A stretch of DNA of 64,000 nucleotides from positions 256,935 to 320,934 of IMG/VR virus record IMGVR_UViG_3300023179_004149, one strand, 5' to 3'. Under the pieces are notes generated by a model. The model made no database searches. It had not been told where the DNA came from and saw nothing but the letters and a program-made list of their open reading frames with translations. A program made the position numbers and the translations under genes. Of this stretch, positions 41,150 to 51,071 are shown piece by piece (positions within the stretch are counted from its first letter, which is position 1; each line of letters opens with the position of its first letter).

Positions 41150-41539
41150 CTATTTTTTGTTTTCGTCGAAATGATAGTTGAAAATTTTACATTCTCGGTT
41201 CAACTTACTCAAGTCTGGAAACGTAACATCACCAATACTGTTGTTGTTAATGTGCGAAATATGCAATTCAGTGAATAAATGACAATACTTCTCGTATGTC
41301 TTTTTCCCGCCAATACACCAATCAATCTCATTTACTTCAAGAATCATTTTCGATCTGAGATCCTGGATAACTTCACGATCTTTTAATTTGGGTAACCCCT
41401 GTAAGGTGTTATAACCCACCAGTAGTTTCTTACCGAGTGTCATGGATTTGAAGTGTTTTAAATCTTCGGATGAGTACCATAACATTTTATTACCCAACCC
41501 GATGAATCCTACATTGTTCACGGAAATGATGGCTCTCAT
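41150..41539 (-). CDS. folA: dihydrofolate reductase
   Basis: IGLGNKMLW, EDLKHFK, GYNT, LKDR, IGG, GDVTFP. Confidence 0.9.
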   Translation of the reverse strand: MRAIISVNNVGFIGLGNKMLWYSSEDLKHFKSMTLGKKLLVGYNTLQGLPKLKDREVIQDLRSKMILEVNEIDWCIGGKKTYEKYCHLFTELHISHINNNSIGDVTFPDLSKLNRECKIFNYHFDENKK

Positions 41540-41948
41540 GAATTGTCTTTTAATTGTTTCAATTTATTTATTGTACCATCCTTATGGTGTTCAACTAACC
41601 AACCCTCATCATCTACGTAATACATTGGCTTGTCTTGACCCCAGGTATCATCTTCAATCTGTTTGCGAAATGACGCATTAAACTCTTCCGATTGAAGTGC
41701 TTCAATTATATTATCAGTTTCTTTTTCAAAATCATCGATAGCGTCATTCGTTTTAACCTTGAAATCATCTTGGTCGTCATACATCACAACGATTTCTTTA
41801 TTTTTTTGATCTACCATTAGTGTGGTGATCGGACTATCTACGCGATAGAAATATTCTTCATTTAACGTACCAACTTTTCCGTTTACAACCGTGTGGTCGT
41901 TATATTCTTCTGGTAAGCTGTTTATCCAGTTTTTTAGTTCGTTGAGTG

Positions 41949-42237
41949 TCATTTTTTGTAATTATGTAGTTTTGTCATCAATGAGCCGATAGCATCTTCA
42001 ATGTTATTAAAAAAGGGTATATTGTTTCTTGAACAGAAGATTTTAACATTCCCTCTACGATAGAACCCTGGAGGACAACAAACAATCAATCTCATTGTAA
42101 TCACAAACATCTTTGAGTGATTTAATGAAGAATAGATCTTCGTATGAATTAATTCGCTCAGTTATCACTGGATAACTAAAGTCTGTTACCTGAGCATAAA
42201 CCCCACCATCGGGATATTTACCGCGTGTATATTGCAT
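41949..42237 (-). pseudogene. deletion chimera: N-terminus of a PRPP-synthetase-like protein joined out of frame to the C-terminus of a nucleoside deoxyribosyltransferase-like protein
   Basis: YPDGG...RINSYEDLFFI, then IVCCPPGFYRRGNVKIFC in another frame; ATTG-ATTG at the junction 42083-42090. Confidence 0.7.
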
Positions 42238-42291
42238 GTTTTTTTTTAGAGTACAAAAATAAGAAAAGAAATCGAGGCTACCAAATTTTTT

Positions 42292-42870
42292 TTAGTTATC
42301 AAACCAAAAAACGACCCTGGCAACATAGTCACCTGTTGACTCCAGCACTTTCATCGCAGCCAATAATGCTTTATATTCAATTGGTTCACCCCATGATACA
42401 TCCTCCGAAAGGGTTTTATAGTTCACCAATGCCTTTTCATATTCTTCGGTTGTTAACCACGAGTGCGAATGCCAATCAGGATGGGTAACAAACCTCGGCA
42501 CACCATTTCGGTATATTATAGTTTCTGGCCAGCTACCCGAAGCCCATTTTTGGGCTTGTTCAAGACTAACCTCGTTATCACTTGGTTTAGTACCCTCATT
42601 AGCAATGCGTATATATGCATCATCGGCGGCGGAATAACCCATATCATCATACGGCAGCAAACCTTTTCGTTCCGTACCATTCGGATAATTACTCCTCACA
42701 CCTTTCGATAAAATACCAAACATAGAGTAGTTACGCCCTGGGTTAATGCAACCACCAAATGTTCGCCAATACTCATTTACTGTTGTATCACCCTCTGCTT
42801 TCTTTTTTCTCGTTTCTTCTAAACGCTGTTTATCTGTGTACTCAATGTACATATGAATGTCTGTACCCAT
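42292..42870 (-). CDS. hypothetical phage protein
   Basis: MGTDIH, RNY, DWHSHSWLT, VFWFDN. Confidence 0.7.
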   Translation of the reverse strand: MGTDIHMYIEYTDKQRLEETRKKKAEGDTTVNEYWRTFGGCINPGRNYSMFGILSKGVRSNYPNGTERKGLLPYDDMGYSAADDAYIRIANEGTKPSDNEVSLEQAQKWASGSWPETIIYRNGVPRFVTHPDWHSHSWLTTEEYEKALVNYKTLSEDVSWGEPIEYKALLAAMKVLESTGDYVARVVFWFDN

Positions 42871-42891
42871 AATATTTATATTTTTTTATTA

Positions 42892-43341
42892 TTAAACATC
42901 AAAGTTTTCACTGCCGTTCTTGCCAGCTGTCTTTATCCGCATCATAGCTATTGATAAGATAGCCATCGCTTCCATCAAACCAGTACGGTCATCCAGTAAA
43001 TGGTTGTAATATATTTTACGTTCATTGCCGTAAGGTAGGTCTATCGGATTTTCATTGATGCTATCAACCTCAAAACCACCTGTTTCCTTACAGTAATTGC
43101 GAATGTATTCAAATCGTTCGGGTTTACATGCTGAGAAGATAACAATATATGCACCGAGTGCTTTGGCCTCCTTGATTAGTTTGAATACTTCCTGATAATT
43201 GAAATCATCGAACTTCCAAGGTGAAATGGTATCGTCAAAGTCAACGCATAAAATAATTTTTTTATGCTCTTTCCATTCCCTAACTAATCTTGAAATATAT
43301 CTTTCCATATTAGGATGATACTCATAATTAAAACTTTCCAT
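42892..43341 (-). CDS. HAD-superfamily hydrolase
   Basis: VDFDDT, KIY...LDDR; start MESFN at 43341. Confidence 0.75.
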   Translation of the reverse strand: MESFNYEYHPNMERYISRLVREWKEHKKIILCVDFDDTISPWKFDDFNYQEVFKLIKEAKALGAYIVIFSACKPERFEYIRNYCKETGGFEVDSINENPIDLPYGNERKIYYNHLLDDRTGLMEAMAILSIAMMRIKTAGKNGSENFDV

Positions 43342-43444
43342 ATGTTTCTTTTTTTCTTCTAATTTAGAATTTGGAAATAAACCATCGTATGATGGTACAC
43401 ATTGGTGGTAGATTGATGTACCAAACACGGTTCTTCCGCATTTA

Positions 43445-44041
43445 TCACATATCCAACTCGTTTACAAACTCCTCAACAGACGGAAGGTTATTCAGATCGT
43501 AGGTTTTCCTGTGTTTTACAGGTTTGTATTCACTTTCGTCAGTCATCCTGACTTTAGCAAAGCGCTCACCTTCACCCAGGATTTCTTTATTAAAACCCTC
43601 ATAAACCTCAAAGGTCATTTTATCCAGGTCAACCACGTAAGCCCATTCACAGAATAAACTATCAGCAGCAAACGTCTCTTGGTTAACCAATCCAAGTATC
43701 TCAAACTCATGGCGTTTTGTTAGCGTTGATAACGGAACCTTCTCTGTTAAAGCACCATACATTACAGCCTCCAGAATCTTAGCACCCCAGTCACGACTGA
43801 GATAGGGGTGGTCTTTAAAAGCATCGTTGCTTTTGTTCAACTCATCAATTTCTTCATTTGTTAGCCACCTGAGTGCGTTTACTTTCGATCGGAAAGTTTC
43901 GATCTGACCATCATCAATTATCTTTTTTAATGTGGTTAGAGCGTTAACACCTTGTCCTGATGGATAATGATCCCATTGTCCATATTGTGCTACCTTAGTT
44001 TCATTTCTCGAAACGATCATTGTTAAACCCCTTGTACCCAT
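43445..44041 (-). CDS. hypothetical phage protein
   Basis: MGTRGL, QYGQWDHYP, FCEWAYVVDLD. Confidence 0.7.
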   Translation of the reverse strand: MGTRGLTMIVSRNETKVAQYGQWDHYPSGQGVNALTTLKKIIDDGQIETFRSKVNALRWLTNEEIDELNKSNDAFKDHPYLSRDWGAKILEAVMYGALTEKVPLSTLTKRHEFEILGLVNQETFAADSLFCEWAYVVDLDKMTFEVYEGFNKEILGEGERFAKVRMTDESEYKPVKHRKTYDLNNLPSVEEFVNELDM

Positions 44042-44202
44042 AAATTTTTTATTTTAGTTAATAATATTTTTCTCCCAGAATTTGTAACCTAACAAAAACA
44101 ATTATTCTCTTTAAGAAACTGGTGCAACCATTTACTGGCTTTGTAACGCTTCTGTTATCTTTTTACAAAGGTAATTAATTAATCTGGTATTTACAAATAC
44201 TA

Positions 44203-44517
44203 TTATTTTTTCTTTTTGAAAGAAAAGTAAGCGTTGTAAGACTCGTTATAACCTGGTTGATCGAATGTAACATTCCAGCCGATCTTACGGTAGATATCCT
44301 CAACATCAAGCCAATGATTATCGAAGATTTCTTGTCTACCGATAGTTTCATCTTCGGCCATGATTGCCTTTATCACCTCTTCTTGCTCAACCGTTGACTC
44401 ATACCCGTCAAATTTCTTTACTATTAGTGTATTAAATGCTCGAATTACAGCATCGGGTAGTGTTTCAAGTTTCTTATCGACCACCTCTTGTGGTGTAATT
44501 GGTTGTATGGTTGCCAT
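44203..44517 (-). CDS. hypothetical protein
   Basis: 104-aa ORF. Confidence 0.65.
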   Translation of the reverse strand: MATIQPITPQEVVDKKLETLPDAVIRAFNTLIVKKFDGYESTVEQEEVIKAIMAEDETIGRQEIFDNHWLDVEDIYRKIGWNVTFDQPGYNESYNAYFSFKKKK

Positions 44518-44520
44518 GTG

Positions 44521-44651
44521 TTATTTTATTAATTCGTTTTTTTCAAGTTTCTTGGATATCCAGTGACCATGTGAGTTATTCAGCATCTGTCGGAACTCTG
44601 GTCTTACGCATTTCTGAACTGATCACGTGTGAGTAACTTATACTGTTTCAT
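44521..44651 (-). pseudogene. deletion remnant: gene head joined to a gene tail
   Basis: promoter + MKQYKLLTRDQFRNA* overlapping out-of-frame VRPEFRQMLNNSHGHWISKKLEKNELIK*. Confidence 0.55.
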
Positions 44652-44714
44652 AACGATGCAAAAGTAAGTAAAACTTCTGAAACCACCAAATAAAAAACCG
44701 TGATTTCTCATGGT

Positions 44715-45305
44715 TTAATCAATATTTAATAGTTTTTTCTTTACCATCCTTATACCCAGGACTGTTCCATCTGGGGCTTTAACTTCTTCTCGCACCACTT
44801 CTTCTTTAAAGATTGGGATCGCTTTACCATTATTGATAACGCTTATCGGCTGATGAATATCGAAATCCAGATTTGGCTCAAACACATCCTCATTATTCAA
44901 GTTTTCCATTTCGGTTAACATCATTTCATGATTTTTGGTTTTTAACTTTTCAGAATCGATTTCAACCAAACCATTTTCAAAGGTTTTACCGCATATATCG
45001 CATTGAGATATCTTAACAATCCGACCCACACCCTTCCACTCAATCCTATCAAGATAAGTACCGTCGGAAGCTGGTGTTCCATCATCATTAAAGTGAGTAC
45101 AGGTCGCCTTTAAAAGCTCAATGCTTTCTTCGTATGAGCGTATATGGTTTTTTCGGACTTCAATCATCGCATCCGTCTTGCGCTTTAATTCTTCTGTTAA
45201 TTTTGATATATCCCGATCAATCCATTCAATTGATCTGTAATATCTTAATAAATCGGGGCTATTGGCCGAAAATGGATTACTTGGTGTTACTTTTAAATCT
45301 GACAT
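44715..45305 (-). CDS. hypothetical protein
   Basis: 196-aa ORF with C.H and CDIC. Confidence 0.65.
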   Translation of the reverse strand: MSDLKVTPSNPFSANSPDLLRYYRSIEWIDRDISKLTEELKRKTDAMIEVRKNHIRSYEESIELLKATCTHFNDDGTPASDGTYLDRIEWKGVGRIVKISQCDICGKTFENGLVEIDSEKLKTKNHEMMLTEMENLNNEDVFEPNLDFDIHQPISVINNGKAIPIFKEEVVREEVKAPDGTVLGIRMVKKKLLNID

Positions 45306-45337
45306 ATTTCACAATTTTTATAAAAATAAAACAAGCG

Positions 45338-45481
45338 TTAGTGATGGGGATGTATGGGCTTATCTTTTAACAATTCAATTATTTCAGTAATATGATATGG
45401 TCTAAATTCTGGATGGCCGTCTAATCCAACGTTCATAGAACGATAACCATTCAAAAATCTGTCGTTTGGTTGTGGGTGCAA
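45338..45481 (-). pseudogene. displaced duplicate 3' end of the metallophosphoesterase
   Basis: LHPQPNDRFLNGYRSMNVGLDGHPEFRPYHITEIIELLKDKPIHPHH*; 43 bp identical between 45388-45430 and 46432-46474. Confidence 0.9.
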
Positions 45482-45543
45482 AAATATTTTTTTTAATATT
45501 TAACATTATTAAGGTTCATACTATTTATATGTAAATATACATT

Positions 45544-46413
45544 ATGAAACAGAGGTTTACACATGAAGAATTAGAATTTTTATTTAGTGAATATCCAACA
45601 AAAGGTATTAAATATTGTGCTGAGTTTTTAAATAGAACTGAAATAAGTATACAACGTAAGGTTAGTAAGCTTAAATTAAAAATAAATGATACATCGAAGA
45701 AAGAACGTCAGCGAATAGCTGGCAAAAATCGTGATGTTTATAATAAAAAACATAATATAAATGAAAATATGTTTTTTATTATAAACGAACCAATTGTCGC
45801 ATATTTCTTAGGTTTATTGTGGTCAGATGGTCATATCATATCAAAAGGTTCGGGTAAGGAGAACTCAATCAAAATCGAAGCTAAAAAAACTGATTTAATC
45901 GAGATCATAGATGATTTAAGCTTATTGGGGAAATGGACTGTTAGTTACAGGAAGCGTCCTGGCCGTCAAGAACAGATGCTAGTATGTACCAGTAATCGAA
46001 AATTAGTTGATTTTTTAGTAGACCACGGATATCTAAATAAAAAAATTGAATCGGCTGATAAAATTTTAAATAAAATACCAGATAAATTAAAACATTATTT
46101 TTTTAGGGGCTTATCGGATGGTGATGGTTGTTTTTACCAAAATATTAAAAATAGATGTACACAATATACAATTCACAGCACATATGAACAGGATTGGTCA
46201 TATGTTGAGATTCTATTTAAATTTTTAAATATAAAATATAATATTCTAAGAATAGATAGGTTATATTCAAAATCGTCAACAATTAGAATAACCGATAAAA
46301 AAGATATTATTAAATTTGGTAATTATATATATTTTGGTGGAAAATTTGGTTTCTCAAGAAAATATATGAAATTTAAAACAATTAATGATGGGTCTGAATT
46401 GGTTTGTCTTTAA
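45544..46413 (+). mobile_element. free-standing LAGLIDADG homing endonuclease
   Basis: AYFLGLLWSDG and FFRGLSDGDG; opposite strand, lower GC, TATTTAT upstream. Confidence 0.9.
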
Positions 46414-46995
46414 GCAATGTTATTATTTCACTAATATGATATGGTCTAAATTCTGGATGGCCGTCTAATCCAACATCCATACTTTTAAACCCATTAATAA
46501 ACCTATCTTTGGGTAACGAGTGGCAGTGTCCGTAAAGCATATACCAACCTTTGTGGCAACCTTCCCATTCCCTGATAGGATAGTGATCCATCACGAACAT
46601 ATCGTTGTCAATTTGAACCACCAATCGGGTCGATACTGATGTGAAACAATTTTTAATGTTATCACGATTCATTTCAATGTGTTTATCGTGGTTGCCCAGA
46701 ACCAGGTGGACTTCATCACAGATAATTCGATCCATAAACAACTTAACATTTTCAAAACCACCAAAAGCAACATCGCCCAGGATGAAGAGCACGTCTTCTT
46801 TCTTTACGTTAGTGTTAATGTTATTGACCAGCGTGTCGTTGTGATGGGTAATTGACTTAAAGTCACGGTCAGCACCCGACTCCCATGAACTCAGGCTCTT
46901 AATAAGGTTTTTGTGGGAATAGTGCGTTACGTGTCCGAGGTAACCCACACATTTCGTGCAGAACCCTCGGACAAATTGGTTTTAAATTTTAACAT
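46382..46995 (-). CDS. calcineurin-like metallophosphoesterase, interrupted by 5 extra nt in the DxH motif
   Basis: MLKFKTNLSEGSARNVWVTSDT* (46995-46927), then HYSHKN...LGDV...GNHD...DHYP...GHCH...DVGLD. Confidence 0.85.
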
Positions 46996-47028
46996 ATGTT
47001 ATTTCTTTTAATTTTATTATTTAAGCCC

Positions 47029-47460
47029 TTAGTTATATTCCTTTAAAGAATTTTTTAAGGACTCACGTTCAAGTATTGTTTTTTTCTTATCATAGTTCTT
47101 CTTACCTCTTGATACGGCGATCTCGCACTTTATTATTCCACGATCATTCAAAAATATTGAAACGGGAACGATGGTCATGTGTTTCTCCAACTTGGATTGT
47201 ATCTTGCGCAACTCCTTCTTATTCAAAAGAAGCTTTTTCAGCCTGTTCGGGTCATGCTCAAAAAACTTATTGTTGCTACGTATAAGAAAGTTAGTTATGA
47301 AGAGTTCATCCTTCACAAAATAACAAAAGGCATCCACAACGCTGGCCTCACCCGCCCTTATCGCTTTCACCTCCGATCCGAGTAATTGGAGTCCCGCATT
47401 ATATTTATCCAGGAATTCGTAATCAAATCTCGCTTTCCTATTCTCAATTAACGTTTTCAT
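47029..47460 (-). CDS. smpB: SsrA-binding protein
   Basis: ENRKARFDY, AGLQLLGSEVKAIR, HDPNR.KKLLL, GKKNYDK. Confidence 0.95.
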   Translation of the reverse strand: MKTLIENRKARFDYEFLDKYNAGLQLLGSEVKAIRAGEASVVDAFCYFVKDELFITNFLIRSNNKFFEHDPNRLKKLLLNKKELRKIQSKLEKHMTIVPVSIFLNDRGIIKCEIAVSRGKKNYDKKKTILERESLKNSLKEYN

Positions 47461-47493
47461 GCTACAAATTTAGACAATATTTTTCAAAAAACA

Positions 47494-47524
47494 AAAAACC
47501 CCACAAAAAAATTGTGGGGTTTTT
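47494..47524 (-). terminator. intrinsic terminator abutting the smpB promoter
   Basis: AAAACCCCACAA/TTGTGGGGTTTT. Confidence 0.75.
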
Positions 47525-47539
47525 CGAGTTATTCGGAGT

Positions 47540-48052
47540 CTACTGCAAATTTTTTAATTTATATAAAGTTGAGTTAATTAACTCAACAATTGTATCTATT
47601 TGGTTTTGGATGTACGATTCTTTAATGCTTGATCTGTTCATCTCAATTAAACCTTCCAGTTCGGTAAAATAAGCTATCAAATCTTGTACAGAGGTAAAAT
47701 CTTTATATTCTATTGATTTATAACCAGTTACAATACTGTATTTACCTTGATAGCTTTCAATTAAGCCATCTAAAAGTTCTTGAATACCAGTATAATATCC
47801 GTTTAAAGCCATATGTGCAGCAAATGAGCCAGCGCCAACTGTCTGTAAGTGGAATATGTGTGCCTGCACTTCTGAACTGAATAATGCGGATACTATCATT
47901 TTAAAGTTATCCATTGCTGGATCCGAACCACCTGGTACGCTCATTGGCATTTCTGGTTGACCAACTATCGGAGTTTCTGGCGTTGGCTGAGTCGGCATTG
48001 GTGTCGGGATGGCGTTTTTTGCCATACCCACTATTTTGTCTTTTAAGTCCAT
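47540..48052 (-). CDS. ferritin/Dps-like four-helix protein (DUF5856-like) with Pro-rich N-terminus
   Basis: QAHIFHLQT, AAHMAL..YY, LIESYQG, IQNQID, TLYKL. Confidence 0.75.
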   Translation of the reverse strand: MDLKDKIVGMAKNAIPTPMPTQPTPETPIVGQPEMPMSVPGGSDPAMDNFKMIVSALFSSEVQAHIFHLQTVGAGSFAAHMALNGYYTGIQELLDGLIESYQGKYSIVTGYKSIEYKDFTSVQDLIAYFTELEGLIEMNRSSIKESYIQNQIDTIVELINSTLYKLKNLQ

Positions 48053-48078
48053 TTTATAAGTTTTATATAAATAGTCTC

Positions 48079-48681
48079 CTATTTATATAAATTCTCATCA
48101 TAAAAAGGCCCATCGACTTTATAGTAAACTTCCCATATGGGTTTTTTTAATAATTCAATCGCTTTTTCAACGTCCGAATCATCCAAACCTGTTTTCTGGC
48201 TGGTTTTGATGAAGTGTTCCCGCTGGTTATACAGCATGTCGGAATCATCATCAAAAATAACATAGTTATCCACCTCAGACTTTTCAGCATACTCTTTCTG
48301 GGTTTTTAATGACCAGTTTATCCTTTGAAATTTATGTTGACGCAACCAATGCTCAATCTCACAACCTCTGGGTATTGTATAACCCGAAATTCCGCCAAAA
48401 TAATCTGTTTTATCCAACAAGTGGCCCGTTATACCTACCTGTGCAAAAAGCTCTCGTAATTCGTCTATTGTTCGGATTAAACGCCATGTTGAACTCAACA
48501 CTATCTCGGCACCAGTTGCATCGGTAATTTTATTCAACTTCGCAACGATACTCGGTGAAAATTCATCATAAGGATAATCTCTGGTTTCTTCACCAGCTTC
48601 AATACGCCGACGGCGCTCAACGTACCAATCGTTACAGTTGAGAACACCGTCGATGTCCAAAAACACAATTTTCTTTTTCAT
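48079..48681 (-). CDS. HAD phosphatase (HAD_SAK_2 RNA-repair type)
   Basis: FLDIDGVLN, VLSSTWR, RGCEIEHWL, YVIFDD. Confidence 0.85.
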   Translation of the reverse strand: MKKKIVFLDIDGVLNCNDWYVERRRRIEAGEETRDYPYDEFSPSIVAKLNKITDATGAEIVLSSTWRLIRTIDELRELFAQVGITGHLLDKTDYFGGISGYTIPRGCEIEHWLRQHKFQRINWSLKTQKEYAEKSEVDNYVIFDDDSDMLYNQREHFIKTSQKTGLDDSDVEKAIELLKKPIWEVYYKVDGPFYDENLYK

Positions 48682-48682
48682 G

Positions 48683-49534
48683 TTAAAGTTTTGAGAATCT
48701 GTTTGCATTTCGCTCAGCGGCTTCTTTCAGATATTCGATAACCGCAGGAACTTCATGTTCCTCGATGTTTTTAATATAAACACCACGCGATGCTCCTTTT
48801 CTTGGATGAAGTATCCAGAGTTGTAGACCAACCCTTGCGTCTGGTTCATCGTAGATGCGCCCGTCAACACAATGTTCGCAATGGCCATATACACCCAGGC
48901 GCTTTGCCCTGGTTTCAATACATATCCACCTGTTGATGGCATCGTGATGATGGATACCTTTAACATGCTGCGCCTGGTTGATAGTTTCAGCTTTCGGCAT
49001 TTCAGGTTTTTCACAGTCAACCCATTTGCGGTCTTTCCATTCACCACTATCATCCATGAACATCCATTGATTACGGTTTTCATCAAAACGATACCATTTG
49101 CCGCCTGGCATAAAATCAGATAAGCGACCCTGCTTAACTAGTTCATCAACCTCGTCTTGGGTGAGCTTATCATGCCATTTATCAGCTGGGTTTGCTTGAT
49201 GACTAAAACCATAAAAATCATTTGATATCTTTAATGTGGCGGGATTTAAACCCTCACCATTACAGTGTGGGCACTCGTGGTTTTCACGATATAGGTTGAA
49301 ATAAAAGTTAACCAACTCGTTGTATTCATCCAACTTGAAATGATCGGCAAAAGTTTTCAACTCAACAGGGGAATCCCAACCCTCACCTTTTTTTTTCCAC
49401 ATGTAATCTTCACCATTACCCCAATGGGGGTAATCTGGATTTTTTTCCAGTAATGCTATTTGCCACGGTTTGGCGTTAAGTTTGTTTAGTGACTTAACGT
49501 CATACTCATCATTCATGTTTGGTACTGTGCGCAT
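48683..49534 (-). CDS. hypothetical protein with split DnaJ-like Zn finger
   Basis: CPHCNGEG and CEHCVDG. Confidence 0.65.
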   Translation of the reverse strand: MRTVPNMNDEYDVKSLNKLNAKPWQIALLEKNPDYPHWGNGEDYMWKKKGEGWDSPVELKTFADHFKLDEYNELVNFYFNLYRENHECPHCNGEGLNPATLKISNDFYGFSHQANPADKWHDKLTQDEVDELVKQGRLSDFMPGGKWYRFDENRNQWMFMDDSGEWKDRKWVDCEKPEMPKAETINQAQHVKGIHHHDAINRWICIETRAKRLGVYGHCEHCVDGRIYDEPDARVGLQLWILHPRKGASRGVYIKNIEEHEVPAVIEYLKEAAERNANRFSKL

Positions 49535-49578
49535 TGTTATATCGTTTTAGAATACAAATATAGGGTAAGATTTTGAAA

Positions 49579-50576
49579 CTACCAACTTTTTTTTCTACCC
49601 AGGCTTAAATTTTCTATGATTCTGATTTCTTTGTTGTTCAACGACCATATCTCACCATTCTCCATGGCACATGTAAATAAAAGATCATGCTCTTGTGAAT
49701 AATCAATCACAAGAAAAGCATAACCTTTCATGTTATCGGAAACCCGAACGATTGGGATTGTTGGATTAAGTTGTAATATCATTTTTATGTACCACTATAT
49801 TTTTACATCAATTCGGTAAGCAACTGGTATCATGTACATATAATCACTCTTATATGATGAGCTGGCATACTTTTGTTTGATAACCTTTTCAAAGGTTCCG
49901 TCAAAGTTAATGTTCTTAATTGTTCCGTTATTATAGATAACCTTTAAGTTTCCGTTACGTGGAATTTTATTGAGATCAAAACACCAATTTTTACGTTCAT
50001 CCAGGATGGATGTGAGAATGTAAATTTTAACCCTTGCTTCATCAGCAGCATTACCATCACGACTTACAACACATGTTCTGAACCCACCCCATTCATGGTC
50101 AGGCTTACAACATAATTCATTAACAGTTTCACCAAACACATGGTGTTCAGTTTTTCTGTCTGGGGCATAGATAACCATATGATTCAATATTTTATTGATT
50201 GGGTTTTGCCTACCGTATAACCACACCCCATCACCAATATGTACCTGTTTTAAGCCAAGGTTTAATATTTCCCTAGTATACCCCGAACGTTTGGATGTCA
50301 ATTTTTCTGAATATCGTCTCATTTTACATATTTGGTTATCATTGTTAATAATAAAAACCCAACACCATTTTACTTTTTATTCTGTTAGTTTTTGTTAAAA
50401 TAACAGAATTTGGATTCCTTTTCCGTTAAACCAACACGATGTTTTATATTATCTTTTGTTTTAACGACAACAAACCCATCCTTACCTGTTGTTTCGTCAA
50501 CCGTACCCGTTTGCTTGGCTTCCAGAAAGTAGAATTCAACCACTTGCCCAACCTTATAGTTTGTAATCTCGTCCAT
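49579..50576 (-). other. three hypothetical CDSs (49579-49782, 49795-50322, 50385-50576)
   Basis: packed ORFs. Confidence 0.6.
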
Positions 50577-51070
50577 TACCAGTTATCTTCTTTTCGTAAA
50601 TAAGCAATAACTTTCTTCCACGTTTCAAACCCTGGCTGACCAAAGTGAATATGTTTCCCAACAAATCCATCAACACCATGTTTAATGCGATCATCAATAA
50701 GATAATCACCCATTAATAAGTTTTTGTGGTGTGATAATATCAACCTCTGCTCAGCATTGGGTCCCAACACACGTTCAACCCATATACGCTTATCGGAATA
50801 TGATTCAGGTAAACCCCACATTGGGGTTGACAACATGTAAACATCATAGTGTTCGCATAAGAGGTTGAATGACTCTATGGCGTCCTCTATTGGATCCAAA
50901 TCGTGAAATATCCTACGACCAGCATCGCTTTGGCAAAATGAATCCACGGCATCTTTGCGCTCTTTTGAGCCTGGGGTATAATTAAGTAGTTCTGGGTGCA
51001 GCTCAAATAACGTCTTTTCAAAATCAGCAAGTACGCCGTCCATGTCTAAATAACAAATTTTCTTTTTCAT
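50576..51070 (-). CDS. 5'(3')-deoxyribonucleotidase (NT5C, HAD)
   Basis: YLDMDGVLADF, LSTP, GDYLIDDR. Confidence 0.9.
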   Translation of the reverse strand: MKKKICYLDMDGVLADFEKTLFELHPELLNYTPGSKERKDAVDSFCQSDAGRRIFHDLDPIEDAIESFNLLCEHYDVYMLSTPMWGLPESYSDKRIWVERVLGPNAEQRLILSHHKNLLMGDYLIDDRIKHGVDGFVGKHIHFGQPGFETWKKVIAYLRKEDNW

Positions 51071-51071
51071 G

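Noticed and set aside
45338-46530. Group I intron harbouring the LAGLIDADG gene
   Set aside because: The endonuclease is antisense, the flanks leave no room for a ribozyme core, and the host gene already has a complete 3' end
46925-46929. Minimal group I intron remnant (TAA...G)
   Set aside because: No register gives both a 5'-exon terminal U and a terminal G; kept only as a weak alternative
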